Shown here piece by piece: positions 17,519 to 27,102 of a stretch of 64,000 bases of DNA (its first letter is position 1; each line of letters starts with the position of its first letter). The stretch is from positions 25,885-89,884 of IMG/VR virus record IMGVR_UViG_642555159_000003; one strand, 5' to 3'. The position numbers and the translations under genes were made by a program. The stretch is from a virus (Duplodnaviria; Caudoviricetes). The notes under the pieces were generated by a model. It was not told where the DNA came from. It searched no databases and worked only from the letters and a program-made list of their open reading frames with translations.

Positions 17519-18237
17519 TGCAAGAATTACTCGATTATGCGGCATCGTCGCAGGATGAAGTATGCGCGCTTATCCTGGGTGAAGAGCGAGTGTTTCGCTG
17601 TCGGAATGTGCATCCAGAGCCATGGCATCACTTCCGCATAAGTGATGATGACTGGCTTGCGGCGGAGGAAGAAGGGGAGATTATCGCAGTCTTCCATTCG
17701 CATCCGCAAAGCCAGCCAGTGCTTTCTGGTTCTGACCGGCAGATGCAGGTAATGACGGGGCTGCCATGGTGGCTTGCATCTGGCGGGCAACTGAGGAAAT
17801 ACAGGCCCGTTCCATTCCTGCGGGGGCGCAGGTTCGAACATGGCGTCATGGACTGCTACACCCTTTTCAGGGACGCATACCACCTGTGCGGCATTGACCT
17901 GCCTGATTTTGAGCGCACTAACGGATGGTGGTTGCGCGGTGAAAACCTCTATCTGAGCAACATGCCGCTCAATGGATTCCGCCAGGTATCGCCGGGAGAG
18001 GCGCAACCAGGTGACGTCATTATCAGACAGCCATTCCCCGGCGCTGACCCTTGCCACGCAATGATTCTCCTCGAAGACAACATGGTACTTCATCACGACC
18101 ACGCCGGACACCTGAGCCGGAGAGAACCAATGCGCCCGGCATACGTTAAGCAGATGCATTCAATCTGGAGACACGAACAGTGCTCATCTTTAAATTTGCA
18201 GGCAATTTACGCCGATTTTACCGCCAGATATCCCTGA
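17518..18237 (+). CDS. Tail tip assembly protein K (JAB + NlpC/P60)
   Basis: HSHP...S..D JAB motif; DCYTLFRDAYH NlpC/P60 motif. Confidence 0.9.
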   Translation: MQELLDYAASSQDEVCALILGEERVFRCRNVHPEPWHHFRISDDDWLAAEEEGEIIAVFHSHPQSQPVLSGSDRQMQVMTGLPWWLASGGQLRKYRPVPFLRGRRFEHGVMDCYTLFRDAYHLCGIDLPDFERTNGWWLRGENLYLSNMPLNGFRQVSPGEAQPGDVIIRQPFPGADPCHAMILLEDNMVLHHDHAGHLSRREPMRPAYVKQMHSIWRHEQCSSLNLQAIYADFTARYP

Positions 18238-18707
18238 ATGTTGATACGCCAGCGCAGGGGTTGCGCCTTCTGCTGGCGCAGGATTTTGAATTCAAAAAAG
18301 CCTTTCTCAATACAAAGCTGCGGGTGCGGGTGGCGGGCGAGGATGTTGAGGAATCTGCGATGCAATGGCATCTGGACCGCCACCTTAAAGATGGCTCAGT
18401 GGTTCTGTTCGTGCCGGTAGTGGAGGGGGCAATTTCTGCTGCTGCGGCCGCATGGATTGCGGTGGCCGTCAGCGTGGCTTCGGTAGCTTACTCGGTCTAC
18501 ATGTCACGAAACATGAAAACCAAAACCTCTGCAGAAGCCGCAGAGACTAATACGCTCACAAACAACTCATTTACCAGTGCTGAGAACCGGGTGGGGCAGG
18601 GCCGGGCGGTACCAATCCTTCTCGGAGAAATGGCTGTTGGGAGTAACGTAATCAGTCTCGGGATCGACACTTCTAATAATTCCGACTGGACAGAATCAAT
18701 AGGCTAA
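18180..18707 (+). CDS. Tail assembly protein I
   Basis: Ubiquitin-like N-terminus, GQGRAVPILLGEMAVGSNVIS motif. Confidence 0.85.
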   Translation: MLIFKFAGNLRRFYRQISLNVDTPAQGLRLLLAQDFEFKKAFLNTKLRVRVAGEDVEESAMQWHLDRHLKDGSVVLFVPVVEGAISAAAAAWIAVAVSVASVAYSVYMSRNMKTKTSAEAAETNTLTNNSFTSAENRVGQGRAVPILLGEMAVGSNVISLGIDTSNNSDWTESIG

Positions 18708-18716
18708 GGTGGCTAT

Positions 18717-21700
18717 ATGTCTTCAGGTGGTGGTAAAGCATCAACCCCAAAACTCCTCGACGATAACCTCAAATCAAAACAGTTTTACCGGGTTCTCGAT
18801 CTGATATCGGAAGGTCCGATTGCAGGGCCTGTCGATCAGGAACACATGTCATCGTTTATGCTTAACAAGACACCAATCACGGATGCAAGCGGAAACGTTA
18901 ATGTGAATGGAATTAGCGTAGCGTGGCGCCCCGGATCGGAAACTCAGCAGCCAATTAATGGCTTTTCTGCTATTGAAGCAACCACCATCGTAAACACAGA
19001 TGTAACCCATGACACCCCTCTTGTTCGTACCATAACCGACCAGGACGTAACCCGGGTGCGGTTCAACGTAGGCGTTACCGGTCTGGTTGAGCAGGACACT
19101 AAAGGAAACCAGAACAACACTTCCGTCACCATGGTGCTTGAGAGTAGAACAGGTGCTTCAGGATGGGTCATTGAAAAGACAGTTACTATCACCGGTAAAA
19201 TATCAGGCCAATATCTCGAGGCTCATCTGATCGACGCTCCAGATATTAAGCCGTTTGATATTCGTGTACGCCGCATTACGCCTGACAGCAGCAGCGATTT
19301 ACTGTCCAACGGCACTATCTGGAATAGCTACAGTGAAATCACCGACGACAATCTGAGCTACCCATTTTCAGCCATCGCTGGCGCTGTTATCGACCGCGAC
19401 CAGTACACTGACACTCCAAGCCGCACCTACCATCTTCGCGGACTGATTGTGGACGTTCCTGACAACTATGATCCGATTGCCAGAACTTACTCGGGGTTGT
19501 GGACTGGCGGATTCAAAAAAGCGTGGACTAACAACCCGGCGTGGCTGTTCCGTGAACTGGCCAAGAATACGCGTTTTGGCCTGGCGAAACGTGCCGGTTA
19601 TATCGATGTAGATGACGGTGCGTTGTACGTCCTCTCACAATATTGCGATCAGCTTGTGAACGATGGCTATGGCGGGCAGGAACCAAGGATGACGCTGAAT
19701 GCCTATATTACCGAGCAGGCGAGTGCGCGTGACATTCTCGACAAGATAGCGAGCATGTTTCGGGGTATAGCGCTGTGGGACGGGATGCGACTGTCTGTCA
19801 TGCTGGACGCGCCACAGGATCCGATAGCGACAATCACGAATTCTAACGTGGTTGATGGCGAGTTCAAGCGTAGCTCCGTGAAGCGTTCAGAGAAATACAA
19901 TGCCGTTGTTGTGTCCTGGACTGACCCTGATAACGGCTGGGAGCAGGTAAAAGAGTATGTTTCCGACGATGAGATGATTGCCCGCGGAAACTACAACGAA
20001 ACCACTCTTGAGGCGTTTGGCTGTACCTCACGCGGTCAGGCATGGCGAGCAGGGAAATGGCTGCTGGAAACAGCAAAGCGTGAAAGCAGCAGACTGTCTT
20101 TCCAGATGGCGCGCGATGCTATCCACTTCACACCGGGTGACATAGTTGAAATCATGGACAACAACTATGCTGGCGCGCGGCTCGGCGGCAGAATTATGTC
20201 ACATTCAGGCAATAAAATTACCGTTGATGCTGTCGAATCATCGCTTATAGCTGGCGGCGATACCATGTCTATCATGGGGAGCAGCGGTAAGTTCGTGAAG
20301 TACGTCATTGATGGCGTTGCTAACAACGTTGTAACCCTGAAGACGACTCCATCATGGGTGCGGGATGGAACAGTGTTTGCTATCTCTACCAGCAACGTTT
20401 CAACTCGGTTATTTCGTATCCTCAGCGTCGCAGAGACAGAAAACAATTCCGTATACAGTATTACTGCATCACAGCATGATCCGAATAAACAGGCCATTGT
20501 GGATGAAGGCGCAGTGTTCGAAATTCCTAACGACACGCTTAATGGCTACCGCGTTCCGAACGTTGAAAACCTGCGGATTATTAACACCAATTCGGAAACG
20601 GTACAGGTTATGGCGACATGGGAAACAGCTACGACGACCAAAAAGCTTGTTTTCGAACTTTATGTCTACTCGGGTGATGGGAAAGTGGTTTCTCAGTACG
20701 AAACAGACCAGTTCCGGTATGAGTTTTATGGGCTGGCCGCCGGTAGCTACACGCTGGGTGTTCGTGGCCGCAATGAAAACGGGATGAAAGGTGTTGAAAC
20801 GCAGATCAGTATGATTATCGGTGCGCCACCTGCACCATCCAGCATTATCTGGACGCCCGGCCTGTTTTCTGCTGACCTGGTGCCAGTCATGCGTATCACC
20901 GCCACCACAGATACTTCTTTCGAATTCTGGTACTCAGGGCAAAACAAGATTACCGATCCGGCTAATATCGAAGACCTGGCGCAGTTTTTGGGGCGCTCAA
21001 ACCAGTGGACACTCCACGGCCTGCAGGAAGATAAGACATATTACGTTTATGTGCGCACCAGGAATGCTTTTGGTGTGTCTGAGTTTGTTGAGGCGTCAGG
21101 TCAGGCGTCATCCGATATTCCAGGTATGATAGATCTCATTGATGAGCAGATACGCGAGTCAGACGCGTTCAAAAATGTTCAGGAAGGTGTCGACATTAAC
21201 CTGGAAGGCGTCATGTCGAACGCACTGGCTAATCACGGTAAGGTTGAACATCAGTACCAGCAGTATGGGGAGGTTCGCGCCGACATCCTTGTTGTGAAAA
21301 CAACTGTCGCTACTGCCGAGCAGGGGCTCGCCGATCTTTCCACTTACGTACAGGCACAAATAGGCCCTGAAGGAGAGTTAACCTCAGCCGTAAATCAGAA
21401 AATGACCGCTGAGGTAAATAGTGATGGGACTGCAAAAGCCTCTTACACACTCAATATGGGGATTGTCAGGAACGGTGTGAAATATAACACCGGATTCGGC
21501 ATGTCTATCGAGCCATCGGGGAATAGCTATAAATCTACCGTTGTATTTGCTGCGGAACAGTTCGGCATTTATTCCGGTAATAACCCCGGCAACTGGCAGG
21601 CTGCATTCTTCGTCTATAACGGACAGGTATTTATTCGTAGCGCATTAATTCAGGAAGCATCCATCGATTTTGCGAAAATTACCGATTCACTTCAGTCTGC

Positions 21701-21896
21701 AAACTTTATCCCCGGTGGTGGTGGACGCGGATGGAATTTACCAAAATCTGGTAGCCCAGAATTCCATGGGAAACTCTATGCCGACAGCGGTGAATTTGCA
21801 TTTAACGGAGTGAATAACGTTACTCGCATTGACGGCAATGGGATCACAGTAAATCTCTCAGGAGGTGGTCGTGTTGTTGTTGGACGATGGACATAA
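18717..21896 (+). CDS. Central tail fibre/tip attachment protein J
   Basis: MSSGGGK start, [31 protein letters not shown] motifs. Confidence 0.95.
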   Translation: MSSGGGKASTPKLLDDNLKSKQFYRVLDLISEGPIAGPVDQEHMSSFMLNKTPITDASGNVNVNGISVAWRPGSETQQPINGFSAIEATTIVNTDVTHDTPLVRTITDQDVTRVRFNVGVTGLVEQDTKGNQNNTSVTMVLESRTGASGWVIEKTVTITGKISGQYLEAHLIDAPDIKPFDIRVRRITPDSSSDLLSNGTIWNSYSEITDDNLSYPFSAIAGAVIDRDQYTDTPSRTYHLRGLIVDVPDNYDPIARTYSGLWTGGFKKAWTNNPAWLFRELAKNTRFGLAKRAGYIDVDDGALYVLSQYCDQLVNDGYGGQEPRMTLNAYITEQASARDILDKIASMFRGIALWDGMRLSVMLDAPQDPIATITNSNVVDGEFKRSSVKRSEKYNAVVVSWTDPDNGWEQVKEYVSDDEMIARGNYNETTLEAFGCTSRGQAWRAGKWLLETAKRESSRLSFQMARDAIHFTPGDIVEIMDNNYAGARLGGRIMSHSGNKITVDAVESSLIAGGDTMSIMGSSGKFVKYVIDGVANNVVTLKTTPSWVRDGTVFAISTSNVSTRLFRILSVAETENNSVYSITASQHDPNKQAIVDEGAVFEIPNDTLNGYRVPNVENLRIINTNSETVQVMATWETATTTKKLVFELYVYSGDGKVVSQYETDQFRYEFYGLAAGSYTLGVRGRNENGMKGVETQISMIIGAPPAPSSIIWTPGLFSADLVPVMRITATTDTSFEFWYSGQNKITDPANIEDLAQFLGRSNQWTLHGLQEDKTYYVYVRTRNAFGVSEFVEASGQASSDIPGMIDLIDEQIRESDAFKNVQEGVDINLEGVMSNALANHGKVEHQYQQYGEVRADILVVKTTVATAEQGLADLSTYVQAQIGPEGELTSAVNQKMTAEVNSDGTAKASYTLNMGIVRNGVKYNTGFGMSIEPSGNSYKSTVVFAAEQFGIYSGNNPGNWQAAFFVYNGQVFIRSALIQEASIDFAKITDSLQSANFIPGGGGRGWNLPKSGSPEFHGKLYADSGEFAFNGVNNVTRIDGNGITVNLSGGGRVVVGRWT

Positions 21897-21904
21897 GGTG
21901 AAAT

Positions 21905-22864
21905 ATGCCGGAAGGAATACTGATAGATTATAACGATGGCCGTCCTGCGATGGCGATTACAGCGGGGCTCCGTGCCCCGTCATTCTGCACAAGTTTTGCT
22001 GGTTACGGTACGGGGGCAAACCAGTTTCAGGTTAATACTCCATTAACGTCAGGCTCCACAGTTTTTGTTTTACCGACACGTCCGGTTGACGTTCAGGAGT
22101 TCGCAGACAATCAGACATGGATAGTTTTACCGATATATATGACATCCGTTACAAGAAACGGAGACAACGGTGTGACTGTTAACGGTACAAACAGGGGAAA
22201 CTACCAGCGAATACCAAACTGGGCAGGAACTGTATTTGAAATTCTCCCTGCTGCTACTTACAACGAAGGACTTCTCGTTTCCAACTCTACTGATTTCACT
22301 GCAATTTCGAATCAGGCAAGATTAATGACATGTGCTTATGTTGGCACGGTGACAGTCAACGGCTCGATGGCGCTTCCCGTATCAGGAATACCATTCGGGA
22401 AGTGGGATAACAATAATGTGTCTGTAGGATTTGACGGAGCAAATATTATTGTAAGAGACATCAATTACTCAGGACGGGATGATGTTTCCGCATCTGTAAC
22501 AATGGAACTGGTAATTTTCAATAATACCGCGCCTGTAGCCGGTGATGGCATTACCATGACTAATTCGGCTGGGCAGGTGACATTTTCAACAGTGAAGCGC
22601 CCATTTGTATATGACCAGCAGCTAACGGTAACAGACAATAATCAATACATAGGTGATAAATATTGCCAGATAGTATTTACAGGTGCGCAGTCAAGACGAG
22701 TGGATGGATATTTTAATATAAGGAAAAAGGGCGTGGTAATGTCAGGTGGAAGCATCCGGTCAGCGTATAATCAGGTTGTTGGTAATTACAATGACAACAG
22801 ATTTGATATGACATTTAATCAAAATATCAATATGCCAATTCTTGTCCTTCCGGATATGTATTGA
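21905..22864 (+). CDS. Tail-tip associated protein (319 aa)
   Basis: Between J and fibre; beta-rich, Asn/Thr-rich. Confidence 0.6.
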   Translation: MPEGILIDYNDGRPAMAITAGLRAPSFCTSFAGYGTGANQFQVNTPLTSGSTVFVLPTRPVDVQEFADNQTWIVLPIYMTSVTRNGDNGVTVNGTNRGNYQRIPNWAGTVFEILPAATYNEGLLVSNSTDFTAISNQARLMTCAYVGTVTVNGSMALPVSGIPFGKWDNNNVSVGFDGANIIVRDINYSGRDDVSASVTMELVIFNNTAPVAGDGITMTNSAGQVTFSTVKRPFVYDQQLTVTDNNQYIGDKYCQIVFTGAQSRRVDGYFNIRKKGVVMSGGSIRSAYNQVVGNYNDNRFDMTFNQNINMPILVLPDMY

Positions 22865-22874
22865 GGAAATATTC

Positions 22875-24011
22875 ATGTCAGCAGGAACCTTAACTCTTAC
22901 CAATGACACAGATGCTGTTACTGGCAGCGGCACAGCGTTTACAGCAGAACTTGCTGCTGGCGATTTTATTGTCGTAACTGTCGGCGGCATCCCTTATACA
23001 CTTCCGGTTAAAGCAGTAAATAACAATACATCACTGACGCTGGTTAGTGTTTACACAGGCCCGACACAATCCGGCGCTGCGTGGTCTGCCGTGCCTCGTG
23101 TTGCTTTGAACATGGTCACGGCTGCCTTGGTGGCTCAAAGCGCTGAGGCATTGCGAGGACTGAATTACGACAAACAGAACTGGCAGCAGGTTTACAGTAC
23201 AGACGGAAACATCACAGTGAAGCTGCCAGATGGCACTACCTTCACCGGCCCGTCATGGAAATACCTGTCTGACAATATTGTGTTGCAGAATGATTCTCGT
23301 CTGACAACCATAAATGGTAAAACCGGTGGAATTATTAACGGCGAAATTTCCCTCACTCGTTCAGCCACAGAAAATATTTCAAACAGAATCGTCTTTACTA
23401 CCATTGTTGCTGCTGAGGGGTTAACTGCATGGGCTGAGCGTCATAATTTTGCTGATGGCACTAATCGCCAGATACTCAACTTAAGTTCTGTATCAGGTTC
23501 GCGTAAAGCGGTACTTCATGCAGATGGTGGGGTCCTCTGCAGAGCGGGTATGAATAACCTTTCGTTGTTACGTACTGGATACTTTATTGATTACGAGTCA
23601 GGTCCAATCTCCCTTTATATAGACTCTACCCGTATGGGAGAAATACAGCTATCAGCGACCTCTGACAGGCTTTTGAAGAAAGAAATTGAGTATTTATCAG
23701 ATATGGTTGGTGCAGATCCTTCTGCCAATGCGCTGAATGAAGTACTCCAATGGAACCCGGCAACATTCAAGTATAAGAAACGCAGCATTATCCCAGAGAG
23801 CGATACCCATCTTGGGTTCATTGCTAATGACCTTGTCGAAGTCTCGCCGGAGTGCGTTAAGGGGAAAGGGCTGGAAGATGGCTATGATGAGAACAATACA
23901 GCGGAAGCATATTCACTCGATGAGATAGCTATGATAGCTAAGCTGACATTGTCTATTCAGGAGTTGCAAAAACAGATTTCCGAACTTCAGGCGAATGGTG
24001 CTGGAAGCTGA
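22875..24011 (+). CDS. Tail fibre with C-terminal peptidase S74 (intramolecular chaperone) domain
   Basis: MSAGTLTLTN...VTGSGTAF N-terminus; SDRLLKKEI...GFIANDL and terminal coiled coil. Confidence 0.85.
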   Translation: MSAGTLTLTNDTDAVTGSGTAFTAELAAGDFIVVTVGGIPYTLPVKAVNNNTSLTLVSVYTGPTQSGAAWSAVPRVALNMVTAALVAQSAEALRGLNYDKQNWQQVYSTDGNITVKLPDGTTFTGPSWKYLSDNIVLQNDSRLTTINGKTGGIINGEISLTRSATENISNRIVFTTIVAAEGLTAWAERHNFADGTNRQILNLSSVSGSRKAVLHADGGVLCRAGMNNLSLLRTGYFIDYESGPISLYIDSTRMGEIQLSATSDRLLKKEIEYLSDMVGADPSANALNEVLQWNPATFKYKKRSIIPESDTHLGFIANDLVEVSPECVKGKGLEDGYDENNTAEAYSLDEIAMIAKLTLSIQELQKQISELQANGAGS

Positions 24012-24158
24012 ATAATGCGCAGCCATCGTATGCAAGAACGTGCTTTGGTAGGCCGCCTGACAAGAGCGAAGCATCAGACACTTCGCGTCCGGTGTTCGGA
24101 GTAATAACGTACTTCATCAACAGTGCGACAGATGATTTAAGTCAAGCTAAAGGTGGCA

Positions 24159-24248
24159 CTACGCCACCTTCTCATCAAGCCAGTCAGTCCAAAATTGCAT
24201 CATCTCCAGGTGTGTATCAGGATACGCTGTGCGGTTGTACACAGATCG
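24159..24248 (-). pseudogene. Tyrosine integrase C-terminal remnant
   Basis: Manual translation RSVYNRTAYPDTHLEMMQFWTDWLDEKVA* matches the YNxAxYxxxRxEMMQWWADxLD tail of P4/P22-type integrases. Confidence 0.6.
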
Positions 24249-24291
24249 AGTCCCAGTTAGTTTTATGTTTTCTCGGTGACGTGAGACAAAA

Positions 24292-24354
24292 ATGGGACGT
24301 AAAGGCTTTTATATGCCTTTCGACCAATTTCTATCTTTTTCGAATATGGGACGT
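24292..24354 (+). repeat. Probable integrase arm-type sites of prophage 1 attR
   Basis: ATGGGACGT direct repeat at 24292 and 24346, just left of att core. Confidence 0.55.
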
Positions 24355-24407
24355 GTGAGCGCAGGTATGACGCGGTATGTTGTTGACTTAAAAGGTGGTT
24401 CTAGGAA

Positions 24408-24452
24408 CTTCTAAGCCGTGGGTCGCAGGTTCGAATCCTGCAGGGCGCGCCA
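24408..24452 (+). pseudogene. argU: 3' half of tRNA-Arg(UCU), att core (attR of prophage 1 / attL of element 2)
   Basis: CTTCTAAGCCGTGGGTCGCAGGTTCGAATCCTGCAGGGCGCGCCA: anticodon loop, T-arm and CCA; 5' half absent. Confidence 0.85.
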
Positions 24453-24566
24453 TTTTAAAGTCTATCCACCTCTCTCAAAGTCTACTAATCACTGATATAC
24501 CAATGGATTAAGAGAAATTTCATTATCTCAAAGTCTCTTATCGTCTATTGAAATCTACGTTCATCT

Positions 24567-24615
24567 GGGGGTACATTCGGGGGTATATTCAGGTTCAATG
24601 AAGTGAGATACCCCC
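24567..24615. repeat. Integrase arm-type repeats upstream of int
   Basis: GGGGGTAC (24567), GGGGGTAT (24579), inverted ATACCCCC (24608), typical of P4-family attL arms. Confidence 0.6.
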
Positions 24616-24618
24616 AAT

Positions 24619-25806
24619 ATGAAGCTAACAGCCCGCCAGATCAGTACGGCGAAACCAACGGAGAAACCATATAAGCTGTCTGATGGCGGTGGTTTGTATC
24701 TGCTGGTTAACCCGAACGGCTCCCGATACTGGCGTATGAAGTATCGCTATGCAGGTAAGGAGAAACTTCTTTCCATTGGCGTTTATCCTGATGTGACGCT
24801 TGCGGAAGCAAGAGACAAACGAACCCAGGCTAAACGTATACTTGCTGCGGGCGATGATCCATCTGAAGTAAAACAGGCCGAGAGAGAGGCAAAGAATCTT
24901 GCGGTTAATAACAGCTTTGAACTTCTGGCGCTTGAATGGCATGAGCATAAAAAGCCAAACTGGTCTTCAGGCTATGCTGACGACATTCTTGAATATCTGC
25001 GAAAAGACATATTCCCATATATCGGTAAGAAAGCCATAACAGATATTAAGCCGATGACTATGCTCTCCGTGCTGAAAAAAATGGAGGATCGTGGTGTACT
25101 GGATAAGCTAAAAAAAACTAGGCAAGCCTGCCGACAGATATTTACTTATGCAATTATAACCGGCAGAGCTGAGTTTAATCCCGTAACGGATTTAGCTGGA
25201 GCGCTGAAAACGCCAAAGCAACAACATTTCCCGCATCTGATGCCAACTCAGATTGGCCCCTTCATTCATGCTGTTAATACCTACTCAGGCAGTAAAGTAA
25301 CCCGCATCGCTACGCTATTACTTATGTATACCAGTGTCAGGACAATCGAGTTAAGGGCTTCTGAATGGACTGAGTTCGACCTGGACAACGATTTGTGGCA
25401 GATCCCCAAGGAACGTATGAAGATGCGCCGTCCTCACCTTGTACCGCTTTCAAGGCAGGTTAAATCTCATCTGCTGGAACTAAAAAAGATCACTGGTTGG
25501 GGTAAGTATGTTTTCCCCGGTCGCAATGATGCCCACAAGCCAATGAGTGAGGCCAGTATTAATCAGGTGATTAAGCGCATAGGTTTTGCAGGAAAGGTCA
25601 CAGGACACGGATTCAGACACACCATGAGTACCATATTACATGAAAAGGGGTTCAACTCTGCATGGATAGAAGCACAACTGGCGCACGCTGACAGGAATAC
25701 TATCCGTGGAACTTACAATCATGCTCAGTACCTTGACGGTCGACGGGAGATGCTTCAGTGGTACGCTGACTATCTGGATGAGTTGGTTGGAAAAGTGGTG
25801 GGTTAA
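24619..25806 (+). CDS. int: P4-family tyrosine integrase
   Basis: MKLTARQI...KPYKLSDGGGLYL arm-binding domain; catalytic R (SVRTIEL), HGFRH, LAH, YNHAQY. Confidence 0.97.
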   Translation: MKLTARQISTAKPTEKPYKLSDGGGLYLLVNPNGSRYWRMKYRYAGKEKLLSIGVYPDVTLAEARDKRTQAKRILAAGDDPSEVKQAEREAKNLAVNNSFELLALEWHEHKKPNWSSGYADDILEYLRKDIFPYIGKKAITDIKPMTMLSVLKKMEDRGVLDKLKKTRQACRQIFTYAIITGRAEFNPVTDLAGALKTPKQQHFPHLMPTQIGPFIHAVNTYSGSKVTRIATLLLMYTSVRTIELRASEWTEFDLDNDLWQIPKERMKMRRPHLVPLSRQVKSHLLELKKITGWGKYVFPGRNDAHKPMSEASINQVIKRIGFAGKVTGHGFRHTMSTILHEKGFNSAWIEAQLAHADRNTIRGTYNHAQYLDGRREMLQWYADYLDELVGKVVG

Positions 25807-25834
25807 CCTGTTTTCTTCATGTGTGAGGAAGAGT

Positions 25835-25959
25835 AGTTGTTCCACTTGTTCAAGTTGTTCCAGATATATAGATATGAAGGTAACTTACTGTTTTTATTTA
25901 TATATGCATTTTCAAGATGGAACAACTGTGGAACAACTTTCTGCTGTTTTGGAACAACT
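25835..25959. repeat. Convergent 10-bp iteron array around AT-rich core; candidate replication origin
   Basis: AGTTGTTCCA at 25835 and 25853 (plus partial CTTGTTCA between); reverse complement TGGAACAACT at 25918, 25929, 25950. Confidence 0.65.
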
Positions 25960-26146
25960 TCACGAACGTGATTTTGTATCATAGTTGTCAATTGACTGTT
26001 TATGCATACAGCTACTCTAGACATGTATACCTCAGTAGACGATAATTCCCCCACAGAAAAAGGCTATGTCTAGGCTGATCCCCGAAAACCTGCACACCTC
26101 TGCGGGCCGGCATAGTCGCTAAGATTAGAGGGCGCGAGGTGGCGTT

Positions 26147-26452
26147 ATGCTGGATATAATTTCTGACTTGAAAGAGAAAAAGAGTGAAGTAATTTCCTTA
26201 CATGAGGTGATTACTACTCTGAAGTCTCAGTCCCCTCAGGCAACGTTACCACAGATAGCTGAGTGGCTTTTGATACAACTTGCTGATAATCCTGAGTCCC
26301 CAGAAATGGGAATATTAACGGTTGGTGGAGGTTTTGAATCTATTTTACCGGAATGGATGAGTGCACAAAATGAACAGTATCTTTCACTGAGAGATTTATT
26401 AATTGAGTTGTACCGAAGCAACGGTATTTGGCCGGGGGATATTCCGTTTTGA
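26147..26452 (+). CDS. Hypothetical protein (satellite cargo between int and alpA)
   Basis: 101 aa, GAGG RBS, AT-rich. Confidence 0.7.
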   Translation: MLDIISDLKEKKSEVISLHEVITTLKSQSPQATLPQIAEWLLIQLADNPESPEMGILTVGGGFESILPEWMSAQNEQYLSLRDLLIELYRSNGIWPGDIPF

Positions 26453-26883
26453 ATAAGAAATTTGATATTACTGAAGAAACCTACATGGGATATGGTTTTA
26501 AACGTCAAGAGTTGACGGACTTTTTTCATTCAAAAGGTAAGCACGTTAACTTTGGCGTGCCACCGATGTCTTTTGAAGATTCAAGTGATTTGGACGGGGC
26601 CTTAACTCTTAATGATGCTTTAGCTGAAGTGGAATCTTTGAAGTCGAGGGTCAGAGATTTAGAAGCACTTTTGCCAATCCTTCTTGGTGAGTACAGAAAT
26701 GACGATCCACTTCTGTTAGCCATACAAATAAGAAATAAAGATTGGCTAGACTATGACCCTGACAACGATAGAGCTACAAGGGGAAATCAGGCGGCAATAA
26801 TTCATGACCTCGAAAAACGTGGTTTCCCTAAGCGTCAGGCGGAAGCTATTGAACTAGTCGCTTGCCCTATTAAGAGAGGGTAA
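26428..26883 (+). CDS. Hypothetical protein with coiled coil (start uncertain, possibly TTG at 26449)
   Basis: Overlaps stop of previous gene (TTGA); C-terminal AEAIELVACPIKR motif. Confidence 0.65.
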   Translation: MAGGYSVLNKKFDITEETYMGYGFKRQELTDFFHSKGKHVNFGVPPMSFEDSSDLDGALTLNDALAEVESLKSRVRDLEALLPILLGEYRNDDPLLLAIQIRNKDWLDYDPDNDRATRGNQAAIIHDLEKRGFPKRQAEAIELVACPIKRG

Positions 26884-26891
26884 GCTCCTTA

Positions 26892-27033
26892 CCCTCAGGG
26901 CTATATGAGCGTAATAACGCCATCCCTGAGGGTGATTTGTCCGTTAACCCTAAGGGTAACGGAGCCATAAAATTAAAAACTACTCCATACCCTCAGGGGT
27001 AACTATCACCAACCTCCCTCTAGCTTGAGGGTA
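26892..27033. promoter_or_regulatory. Cluster of CCCTNAGGG palindromes upstream of alpA
   Basis: CCCTCAGGG 26892, CCCTGAGGG 26924, CCCTAAGGG 26948, CCCTCAGGG 26990, half-site TGAGGG ~27026. Confidence 0.6.
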
Positions 27034-27102
27034 TGAAAATAATCATGTTTTTCATGCCATCATTAATCTCGTAAACCGCAATTGACGTTACGAGGTAAAT
27101 AT

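Larger units (their letters stand above)
1..24452 (+). mobile_element. Prophage 1 (siphovirus, right half: morphogenesis genes to attR); resembles the ES18/SPN3UB-like group (tentative)
   Basis: Contiguous head-neck-tail-fibre gene order on + strand ending at a tRNA-Arg 3' fragment preceded by arm-type repeats. Confidence 0.9.

Noticed and set aside
24380-24452. Intact tRNA-Arg gene
   Set aside because: Only the anticodon loop to CCA is present; upstream sequence cannot form the acceptor or D arm.
25706-26054. Short ORFs over the iteron region (e.g. repeated VEQL)
   Set aside because: Peptide repeats are a by-product of the DNA iterons; no convincing RBS.
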